The translations under genes and the position numbers were made by a program. A model generated the notes under the pieces. The model worked only from the letters and a program-made list of their open reading frames with translations. It had not been told where the DNA came from and searched no databases. A stretch of DNA of 64,000 nucleotides from a virus: positions 5,381 through 69,380 of IMG/VR virus record IMGVR_UViG_3300032291_002944, one strand, 5' to 3'. Of the stretch, positions 1 to 7,859 are shown one piece after another; the stretch's first letter is position 1; every line of letters starts with the position of its first letter.

Positions 1-1044
1 TTCAGTTGATGATTGGTAATCTAATCTTTCGGTCGTGTTTGCAGAATATGTGTTTCTTGCTGTTGAACTAAATAAAATGTTCCATTTGTTTTTAACAACA
101 CCAAATGATAAATTACCGTTTAAGTTTGGAATGGATGAAAACTCTTCTGATTGAGGTGACCCTATTAATTTAGTATACGCTCTTCTATCACCCAATCCCG
201 CAATTCTATATGTGTTTGTTGATGGAAATGTTGTTGGGAAATGTATTGGGTCAACCAATTTAAAATCTTGTCCTGTTGACAATGAACCCCAGCTTCCTCC
301 TAAAGATACGTTAAAAAAATCTCCTGAAACTTCTTTTGTTGTTATTTGAACTAAACCACCTGCAAAATCACCTGGCAGATTTGCGGATGCTCCTTTGTTA
401 ATTATGATGTTATCAATTAGTGATGTAGGTATTATATCAAATGAGAATGCTCTTCTATCAGGTTCTGTTGATGGTAATTGTGTTTTGTTTAACAGGGCGG
501 AATTATATCTATCTGCCAAACCTCTAACTAATATAAACTTATCGTTTTGGATTGTTACACCACTAATTCTTTTGAGAGCATCTCCAACTGTTCTATCGGG
601 TGTTTTTTTAATTGACTCAATTGATAAACCATCAGCAACTATGTACGACGCTTTGAGTGTATTAATAAGTGCGGTTGATGTTTCTTTTTTTGATACTTGT
701 TTGACAACTACCTCTTTTAATTGAGTAGATTCTTCCTCTAATTTGAAGTCCAAATCATTTTTTTCTGAAGTAAAATAAACTTCTTTTTTTTCAAATGGTA
801 TATAACCAACTGAGGTAATTTTAACGGTGTAAGTAACATCAAGAATTACATTATTGACTTGAAAAATTCCTTTCTCATTTGCCGATGCTCCGTATCTATT
901 TGAAATTGAAATTAATTGAATTGTAGACCCAGGAAGAATTTCTCCTTTTTTGTCTTTTATCGTCCCACTAATGTTTGACGTTTTTATCTGTGAAAATCCC
1001 GTGATAGAAATCATCAAAGATAAGAGTAATAATAGTTTTTTCAT
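1..1044 (-). CDS. TonB-dependent outer-membrane receptor (SusC-like), 3' end runs off the window
   Basis: Not in the ORF track; translated by hand from ATG at 1044: MKKLLLLLSLMISITGFS-QIKTSNISGTIKDKKGEILPG (signal peptide with Gln at +1, carboxypeptidase-regulatory-like start), then plug-domain motifs PDRTVGDALKRISGVTIQNDKFILVRGLADRYNS, FSFDIIP and GDFAGG. Confidence 0.88.
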   Translation of the reverse strand, partial: MKKLLLLLSLMISITGFSQIKTSNISGTIKDKKGEILPGSTIQLISISNRYGASANEKGIFQVNNVILDVTYTVKITSVGYIPFEKKEVYFTSEKNDLDFKLEEESTQLKEVVVKQVSKKETSTALINTLKASYIVADGLSIESIKKTPDRTVGDALKRISGVTIQNDKFILVRGLADRYNSALLNKTQLPSTEPDRRAFSFDIIPTSLIDNIIINKGASANLPGDFAGGLVQITTKEVSGDFFNVSLGGSWGSLSTGQDFKLVDPIHFPTTFPSTNTYRIAGLGDRRAYTKLIGSPQSEEFSSIPNLNGNLSFGVVKNKWNILFSSTARNTYSANTTERLDYQSSTE

Positions 1045-1257
1045 ATTTGGTACTTAATTTTACACCAATAATTAGAAATTTAGACGATAAAGTCCAATTT
1101 CTAATATTATGAAATTGTTAACAATGACAATATGGTTTTAATACTATTATCATTAACCTTTACAAGGTTATAATTAATATTGTTTGAGTCCAATATGTTT
1201 ATAATATCGGTATAAATTTATAATCTTGCTCATGAGGTCATAAAGGGGTAAAGTGAT

Positions 1258-1334
1258 TGGTACTCCGTACGGGGCTCGAACCCGTAATCTTCACCGTGAA
1301 AGGGTGACGACTTAACCAATTTGTCCAACGGAGC
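1258..1334 (-). tRNA. tRNA-Glu(TTC)
   Basis: Reverse complement GCTCCGTTGGACAAATTGGTTAAGTCGTCACCCTTTCACGGTGAAGATTACGGGTTCGAGCCCCGTACGGAGTACCA folds as a cloverleaf with anticodon loop CTTTCAC, a GTTCGA T-loop and encoded CCA. Confidence 0.95.
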
Positions 1335-1335
1335 A

Positions 1336-1719
1336 TTAAGTATTGTTGGAAAGATACTCACACTCATATTCTCTACAAGTTTGAGGTCTTATATCATATA
1401 TGCTACAAGCCTTTATTTTAGTATTGTAGAATATACAAGGTAATTTAGGATTAAAAAAATCAACTCTAAATGCGGGATAAGAATTTGGGTTTTGCCAAGC
1501 AGTCTTGTAAGGGAATAATTTTTTACCTTCTTCATATCCAATGAATATGTCTTCTTCATATATTTCTCTTCCTAATTTTGAAGATAAGTTTTTAATAAAA
1601 TCCTCCGTGTCTGGATGGGGCCCGATTATATAATCTCTATCTTCTAAAGAACAACAACTGCCGTGGTAACCAGTTCTACCATAACACTTATCACTACATA
1701 TATTACAATCGGTCCCCAT
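1336..1719 (-). CDS. YkgJ-family (CxxCxxCC) cysteine-cluster protein
   Basis: CNIC...SCC near the N-terminus and the C-terminal CIFY..CSIYDIRPQTCREYEC signature. Confidence 0.8.
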   Translation of the reverse strand: MGTDCNICSDKCYGRTGYHGSCCSLEDRDYIIGPHPDTEDFIKNLSSKLGREIYEEDIFIGYEEGKKLFPYKTAWQNPNSYPAFRVDFFNPKLPCIFYNTKIKACSIYDIRPQTCREYECEYLSNNT

Positions 1720-1727
1720 ATCTTTTA

Positions 1728-1735
1728 CAAAGGTA
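1728..1735 (-). promoter_or_regulatory. Bacteroidota-type -7 promoter element (TACCTTTG)
   Basis: Matches TAnnTTTG just upstream of the ATG at 1719. Similar boxes occur at 2214-2221 (-), 3441-3448 (+) and 10047-10054 (-). Confidence 0.55.
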
Positions 1736-1783
1736 ATAAAATTTTTAATAAAAAAAAAGAACCTCAGAGAGATTCTTTTTTAG

Positions 1784-2190
1784 TGGTGGAGGTGGCGAGA
1801 TTCGAACTCGCGTGTTGCAATATTAAAATACACAGACTACACGTTTATTCTATTAGTTCTTAATAGACAAATAATTGGTTCCTATTTTAACATTGTTACC
1901 AATAACTGTGTCGAGTTCACTTTTACTAAGGTAGTCCTCTGAACGAGACCTTTTGATACACTAAGTAGTATCCACTTAAAGAGCTTCTGTTCCCAAGTTA
2001 TATGCTCACCGACTCGTTTGTTAGTTCACTATTAAGCTACTGTAACACCAGCTTCTTTGGTTAAACCCAAAGCAGCTAATTTTGCAAATGTATTGCCTGT
2101 TATTCTTCTTTACCGTAGATTTAAGTCATAGATAAAATCTGACTACGTGCCTGTATACCGTAACTATTCCAGTCAAAACCAGTCACCCCC
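1784..2190 (-). ncRNA. ssrA: tmRNA (SsrA)
   Basis: The 5' end GGGGGTGACTGGTTTTGAC pairs with the 3' end GCGAGTTCGAATCTCGCCACCTCCACCA, giving an Ala-type acceptor stem with a G3-U wobble, T arm and CCA. Length is 407 nt. An internal tag ORF at 2097..2032 reads GNTFAKLAALGLTKEAGVTVA followed by TAA TAG. Confidence 0.93.
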
Positions 2191-2213
2191 ATATTTTAAA
2201 GAACTTGTGAACA

Positions 2214-2221
2214 CAAATATA
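2214..2221 (-). promoter_or_regulatory. Bacteroidota-type -7 element (TATATTTG) upstream of tmRNA
   Basis: TAnnTTTG match about 24 nt upstream of the mature tmRNA 5' end. Confidence 0.55.
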
Positions 2222-2276
2222 AGAATAAATACATTACCGTCAAAGTAAAATTTATCAATATTAATTAATAGGTTGG

Positions 2277-2284
2277 TATTTATA
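2277..2284 (+). promoter_or_regulatory. Putative phage late promoter TATTTATA (one of ~19 copies)
   Basis: The same motif lies on the coding strand 3-30 nt upstream of many structural genes (positions listed in findings). Confidence 0.65.
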
Positions 2285-2298
2285 ATAAAATCGTTTTA

Positions 2299-3435
2299 AT
2301 GAGAGTAATAAAATTAACCGAATCAGACCTTACACAAATAGTTAATAAGGTAATAAGAGAGCAAACAGAGAAACCTGAGAAGCAGGAGAATTTATTGCTT
2401 GCGCTTAGAAATTTTGTTAAAGGAAAAATAACATATAATGATTTATTTGAAGTGGATGAATCCATTGACGATATTCGGGTTAGGACTCCAAGAGGACAAT
2501 CTTTAATAACAATTAAATTAGGGGATAAAGATTATTTTTTAGAAGCTATTAATTTAAGTAAAGATGATATGTGGTTTAGAGATATGGTAATGTCTTCATA
2601 TGGACATTATGAATTCAATGACGCGTACACAATAGAAGAAGATTTTAAAGAAGGATATGGTTTTGTTTATGCATTAAACGATGAAAATCGTGATACGTTT
2701 AAAGTTATTGCATCATCGGTATTACCTAATAAAAAAATTGACTTTGAGAGCGACGAATATAATAAAGAACTACACAAAATACTGTTAGACGCATTCCCAA
2801 CACAAATTGATTACATTCTTAATGATTATCAGATAGAAAAAGATTATGAAATGAACGCTGTTGCAAGAGAATCAATTAAATCGGAATTCGATGATAAATT
2901 AGAAGAGATAGGTGTTGAACTTGGTGGTGACAACAATGAAGTGACTATAACTATTGCAGATTTATTCTCCGAAGCATTACAATTAAACTTATTTAACGAA
3001 AGTGCGCAAGAAATGGCTATTGAAATCATATCAAACAAGCTGGGTAGTAATATTGGAGGATGGCTTGATAATAGTTATGAATATAGAGATGACAGTAAGT
3101 TTGATAAAGAATCATTTAATCGAGAAGTGGCGAGACAATTTGAAAAAATAATAGAAATTTTAGAAGAAAAAAGTGATACTGAATACACGATTAAAGACTA
3201 TATTGATTTTAGAAATCGTGTTGAATCTAAATTTAAAATAAGAACTTGGTACGAAACTCCTAAAGACAAAGAGATTATTTTTTCAATTAACGGATTTGAA
3301 CCATCAAGTATGACGGTTATGTTAACTGTTAAAGACAGAGGAACCAAATTAACTAAAGAGATTAAAATGGATGAAGAACAATTTACTCAATTTTTATACC
3401 AACCTTCGTTATTTAAGTTGGAAGATATGTATTAA
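2299..3435 (+). CDS. Hypothetical protein, putative internal head protein
   Basis: 378 aa acidic ORF. Its N-terminus IKLTESDLTQIVNKVIREQ is shared with ORF 28213-28680, and a TATTTATA motif lies upstream. Confidence 0.6.
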   Translation: MRVIKLTESDLTQIVNKVIREQTEKPEKQENLLLALRNFVKGKITYNDLFEVDESIDDIRVRTPRGQSLITIKLGDKDYFLEAINLSKDDMWFRDMVMSSYGHYEFNDAYTIEEDFKEGYGFVYALNDENRDTFKVIASSVLPNKKIDFESDEYNKELHKILLDAFPTQIDYILNDYQIEKDYEMNAVARESIKSEFDDKLEEIGVELGGDNNEVTITIADLFSEALQLNLFNESAQEMAIEIISNKLGSNIGGWLDNSYEYRDDSKFDKESFNREVARQFEKIIEILEEKSDTEYTIKDYIDFRNRVESKFKIRTWYETPKDKEIIFSINGFEPSSMTVMLTVKDRGTKLTKEIKMDEEQFTQFLYQPSLFKLEDMY

Positions 3436-3452
3436 TTGTCTATATTTGTCCT

Positions 3453-4289
3453 ATGACACAAAATCTAGATTTATTAAAAGAAGTTCTGAGCGTTCCTACG
3501 GTTACATATCATGAAGAACGTATGGTTGCCTTTTTAGAAAAATGGTTAACCGAAAACAACATACCTCATTATGTTGACAAACACAAGAATGTGTATGCAA
3601 CCAAACAAGAATCCGAAACATTACCTGAAGATTTTTATTTTCCATGTGTAGTTGCTCATACTGACACTGTACATGGTATTGATACAATTAATATTCGTGA
3701 AGAGAATTTACGTAATACTCAAAACCAACTTAAATTATCCTACAAAGCATATAATAATGAAGGTGAACCAACAGGTATTGGTGGTGACGATAAATGCGGA
3801 GTATTTGCTTGTTTAACTTTATTAGAAGAATTACCTAATTTAAAAGCGGCATTCTTTGCATCTGAAGAATTAGGTTGTATTGGTTCATCAAAAGCAGATG
3901 AAAATTTTTTTAATAATGTTGGATATGCAATTCAGTTTGACGCACCTGAAAACTGGATGATTACAGAAAAATGTTTTGGACAAATTCTATTTGACAGAAA
4001 TTCTGAATTCTTTGAAGCTTGTGATAAAGTTTTAACAGAAGGTATGATTAACGAAAACATGAAATACATGGTTCATCCATATACTGATGTTTATGCTTTA
4101 CGAGGTAAATTTGATTTTTCATGTATCAATTTTTCAATTGGATACTACAACTACCATACTAAAAACGAATACGTAATTGTAGATGACGTATTCAATGGAA
4201 TTGATATGGGTCGTAAAATGATTAAAGAACTCGGTAACAAGTTACACTACAAAAAATCAATTCCTTATGAATGGAAAAAACGTTATTGA
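3453..4289 (+). CDS. M28/M20-family Zn metallopeptidase
   Basis: Metal-ligand motifs AHTDTV, GGDDKCG, SEELG, QFD and YHTKNE. TATATTTG promoter box at 3441. Confidence 0.85.
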   Translation: MTQNLDLLKEVLSVPTVTYHEERMVAFLEKWLTENNIPHYVDKHKNVYATKQESETLPEDFYFPCVVAHTDTVHGIDTINIREENLRNTQNQLKLSYKAYNNEGEPTGIGGDDKCGVFACLTLLEELPNLKAAFFASEELGCIGSSKADENFFNNVGYAIQFDAPENWMITEKCFGQILFDRNSEFFEACDKVLTEGMINENMKYMVHPYTDVYALRGKFDFSCINFSIGYYNYHTKNEYVIVDDVFNGIDMGRKMIKELGNKLHYKKSIPYEWKKRY

Positions 4290-4291
4290 CT

Positions 4292-7102
4292 TTAATTACA
4301 AAAGAATCCTCCTGTATTTGGGTCATAAGTATATGATGTCCAAAAGGGATTACTATATCCTCCACAACCACCCCTTCCAGTCCCAAAACAATATCCAAAT
4401 CTAAAATAATTTCCGTTCCCTGCTGTCATATATATTGGTGAATCTTCTAAACTACAAAAAGATATTTGTGTATTTTCAAACACCCATGCGTCTAATTCAA
4501 AAGGACCTGCTAAATTACACACTGTCCATTCAAATCTACTTCCTTGAGTACCTCCATAATATGTTGCAATATTACAATCGTAAGACTGACTAGTTAAGGT
4601 TAAAATCCCTCCATCTCTAGAATATGAGGCGACTTTACCTCTAAGTTGTATAGTGCTAGTATACCCATCCTGTACAAATGTGTAACATAGACCCACACTA
4701 GGAGCTGATGGGATAGGGTTAAACTGTATATTATAATATGTGTTAGGAATAGTTCTATTATAATTAAAACTTTGAAAATTTGGAACCCCTAAAGAGTCAC
4801 ATGTCGTGGTGTCTACTGATGTTACAATACTTGAAGAATTTACTGTGTATTTATTACCATTACCAATTACGTATGTACCACTAGGTGCAGAACCTGTTCC
4901 AAGTGTACTTCCTGTTTGAAGAAAATCACCAATACTAATTGGACCTGAAGACGAAGTAGATGTGATTGTAAAAATTAACTCAGTATAAGTGATAGGAATA
5001 TTGTAATCAAAACATGCTTGATTTCCTGTTGTTGCGGTAGTATATGAGAATGGAGTACGACTTTGTTGACCAATTATTTGCGGTATCCAAGTTACCTTAC
5101 CACTTGTACTAATCGTTGATGAACAATTTCTATATGATATTACATAATTCCCAAAAGGTAAATTATAGTTTCTGAAATCAAAGTCATTGTCATAATTTTG
5201 ACCAGTTTGATTAACTAATTCTCTATTTTGTAAATCGTAAACTATTAAATTAGCGACAGGACCATTAACAAATCTTAATTTACTAAATATACCCGTATAA
5301 TTACCATAAGTAGGATTTATTAAAATTGGTGAACATCCTCCAATTTGTGCTTCTAACGATTGAAATATTTTAGGTTCTGCAGGACCAAAACACACAGGAG
5401 TTTCTGTTGGCGTTGGTTGTGGTGGAGTTGCTGATGGAGAAGGTGGTATTAATTGTATAGTTGGTGTTGGAGTTCTAGTTGCTGTAGGTGTGGGACTAAT
5501 TATTCCAGCACATGTTTGAATATTGTAAATTTGACCACCACTTACATCATAAACATACGTACCGTCACTATAAGTTCCACTAGGAATTATTTCAGTATAA
5601 GAACAAGAGGTATATACATTATCATATAAAACAGGATTACCTGGATGATTATAGGCAAATATTAATGATGGTTCCCCTGTTGGTGTACAATACGCGTCGT
5701 TAAATACTGGATATACTGAAATTTGAGTGCAATTGTAAGGAGTCGTTGATGGTGTTGGTTGAGGTGTTGTTGATGATGGTGTTGGTGTAGGTGGAATACT
5801 ACAACTACCATTGAATGTGTAATAGCCATCACCATTAAATGCGTATACTCCATAACTATCAATAACACAAATATTTGTTATAACATCTCCAGCTTCAACG
5901 TATGTTGAAACAGGTTCATCATCATTTGTAGGGCATATAATATATTGAAATTGAGTTCCAGTTGTTCCACCATATAGGTCATATGACGAACAACTGTCAA
6001 AATCGTATTGAGTTGGCGTCGGTGATGGTGTAATACTTGCAGTTACAAAAGGAGTTGTTGTAGGTGTTGGTGTACAAGTAATAGCACTATTACACGGGTC
6101 TGTATATGTATCATTATATCTTGGTAGAATTGCGTTGTAGTTTTGAGTAATTTGAGTCTGTGTTAAAGCACTTGTAAAAACTTGAACTACGCCTATTTTA
6201 CCATCAAAATATTCCGTAGTATTTGTTAATCCGACTGTAAGATTAGATGTAACTGATGTACTTGGAGTTCCAGGAGTGTCCTGAACTTTTAAAATACCAT
6301 TAACATATATTTTTCTTGTTGTCCCATCCCAAGTTGCTACCGCATTATACCAAGTATTTGTGGTTATAGGTGAATCTGTAGTTGATAAATCGTTTCCCGA
6401 CCAATAATTTGTTAAGTTTCCACTTGTTAATCTAAATGCATTTACTTGATTTGTGGAACCATAATTACCATACCCTATTAAACCTTTATTCCCTAATGTA
6501 TTTGCGTTAAACCAAACATTTAAAGTATATGGTGTACTTCCTACTGGTATATTATTTACAGATGAGAATGTGATTGAATCGGCTCCATCAAAAACTAAAG
6601 TTCCTAAATTCGCAGAATTATACGTTGCACCATTTATTGTACCAGTATTTCCATTACCTGAAATATCGTACCAAATAGAATTAACTAAAGGGTAAGAAGC
6701 TGTATAACCTGCGTCCAATAACAACGATTGATTAGTGGTTACAATTGAAGGGTAGGCTTGATTTTCTATGAAAAGTCCTAAAGTTGCTGACCAAGTAATT
6801 GCTTCAGATAAAGTTGCGAATGGATTGTAACCTTCAGAAACCGCAATTTTATTTAAAGTTATTAATAACGATGTATCTGTTTTAGCAGATGTTGGAAAAC
6901 CTACTGGTACTGCATTTGATTGAAGTGTTTTACCTAAACTATAACTATCTCCAATTATAAAATATTGATTACATATCCCATAGTCAGTACACCATTGTAA
7001 TGACCCTTTATTAACACTATTGTTAACATCCATAGCAATTGTTCCAAATTGTATGGCGTTTGAGATTGGCGTCGATGGGTTATAAGCAATTAAATTTGGC
7101 AT
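4292..7102 (-). CDS. Large virion-type protein with LamG/concanavalin-like domain and Thr/Pro-rich linkers
   Basis: LDAG..SYP..WYDISGNGN..TWYNAVATWDG..KIYVNG..QITQNYNA LamG-like pattern, three TPTPT tracts separating small Cys-containing modules, and a late motif at 7115-7121. Confidence 0.75.
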   Translation of the reverse strand: MPNLIAYNPSTPISNAIQFGTIAMDVNNSVNKGSLQWCTDYGICNQYFIIGDSYSLGKTLQSNAVPVGFPTSAKTDTSLLITLNKIAVSEGYNPFATLSEAITWSATLGLFIENQAYPSIVTTNQSLLLDAGYTASYPLVNSIWYDISGNGNTGTINGATYNSANLGTLVFDGADSITFSSVNNIPVGSTPYTLNVWFNANTLGNKGLIGYGNYGSTNQVNAFRLTSGNLTNYWSGNDLSTTDSPITTNTWYNAVATWDGTTRKIYVNGILKVQDTPGTPSTSVTSNLTVGLTNTTEYFDGKIGVVQVFTSALTQTQITQNYNAILPRYNDTYTDPCNSAITCTPTPTTTPFVTASITPSPTPTQYDFDSCSSYDLYGGTTGTQFQYIICPTNDDEPVSTYVEAGDVITNICVIDSYGVYAFNGDGYYTFNGSCSIPPTPTPSSTTPQPTPSTTPYNCTQISVYPVFNDAYCTPTGEPSLIFAYNHPGNPVLYDNVYTSCSYTEIIPSGTYSDGTYVYDVSGGQIYNIQTCAGIISPTPTATRTPTPTIQLIPPSPSATPPQPTPTETPVCFGPAEPKIFQSLEAQIGGCSPILINPTYGNYTGIFSKLRFVNGPVANLIVYDLQNRELVNQTGQNYDNDFDFRNYNLPFGNYVISYRNCSSTISTSGKVTWIPQIIGQQSRTPFSYTTATTGNQACFDYNIPITYTELIFTITSTSSSGPISIGDFLQTGSTLGTGSAPSGTYVIGNGNKYTVNSSSIVTSVDTTTCDSLGVPNFQSFNYNRTIPNTYYNIQFNPIPSAPSVGLCYTFVQDGYTSTIQLRGKVASYSRDGGILTLTSQSYDCNIATYYGGTQGSRFEWTVCNLAGPFELDAWVFENTQISFCSLEDSPIYMTAGNGNYFRFGYCFGTGRGGCGGYSNPFWTSYTYDPNTGGFFCN

Positions 7103-7151
7103 TGTATTTTAATAATAAATACTAATGAGTTATAAATAAAGAAAACTTACA

Positions 7152-7811
7152 TTATAAAAAGTTTTCCAACTTATCTAAATGACGTTTTACGATTGGATGG
7201 TCTTGAATATCTGTAAATTCTATTCCAGCGTTTTTAAGTTCTTTAATTTGGCCAATAATTGTTTTAATACTACCCTTAACCATTTCTGACATAAAAGGAT
7301 AATTTTCAATATATTGTGATAGTTTAAATTGTTGTTTTGCAAAATCTAATGGGATATTTAAGGCCATTACAAGTTTTGCAACCATTTCTTTACCAAATCT
7401 GTCTGCATCCAATTCCATATTCCAATATTTTTCATACAAAGTTTCAAAATCCTCTAAATCATAATCTGTTAATGGATTTTTTTCTTTGAATTCGGTCATT
7501 TGTTGTTCATGTCTCATTTCATGAAAAATGGTGTAAAGAAAATCACCAATGGTATGCATATTTGATGGAGAACAAATGATTATTTGATTTTTTGTTCTTA
7601 CTCCTCCAAACCCTGTGCTACAAGAATTTAAAAATTTTATAGTGTAACCTTTTTCTTTGACGTAATTACCTACAAAGTTTTTGATTACGTCTGCTTTAGA
7701 TTTTAATTCGTCAGGAAAGTTTTCTTTAAATTTATTAACTAATCTATCAAAGTTAGATTCTTTTGAAATTCCAATTTCCTCGTTCAATACTTTATGGATT
7801 AATTCTTTCAT
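7152..7811 (-). CDS. HExxH putative metallopeptidase
   Basis: IFHEMRHEQQ plus a downstream ELDAD third-ligand motif. N-terminal MKELIHKVLNEE motif and a late motif at 7817-7823. Confidence 0.6.
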   Translation of the reverse strand: MKELIHKVLNEEIGISKESNFDRLVNKFKENFPDELKSKADVIKNFVGNYVKEKGYTIKFLNSCSTGFGGVRTKNQIIICSPSNMHTIGDFLYTIFHEMRHEQQMTEFKEKNPLTDYDLEDFETLYEKYWNMELDADRFGKEMVAKLVMALNIPLDFAKQQFKLSQYIENYPFMSEMVKGSIKTIIGQIKELKNAGIEFTDIQDHPIVKRHLDKLENFL

Positions 7812-7827
7812 TGTTAATAAATATAAA

Positions 7828-7855
7828 AAAAGGGAGAAATAAATTCCTCCCTTTT
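7828..7855 (-). terminator. Intrinsic terminator after clpC
   Basis: AAAAGGGAG...CTCCCTTTT inverted repeat with an A-tract (U-tract on the minus strand). Confidence 0.65.
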
Positions 7856-7859
7856 AATA

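Noticed and set aside
395-724. 109 aa plus-strand ORF in the track
   Set aside because: It is the antisense shadow of the TonB-dependent receptor gene on the minus strand.
1100-1185. TAAYA-like repeats upstream of the receptor gene as a possible Pho box
   Set aside because: The spacing is not a clean 11-bp series and the region is very AT-rich, so the signal is not supportable.
1663-1863. 66 aa ORF, and the tmRNA 3' end as a separate tRNA or prophage att site
   Set aside because: The ORF is antisense to the tmRNA and the YkgJ gene. The tRNA-like end pairs with the 5' end at 2190, and I saw no integrase or duplicated att sequence.
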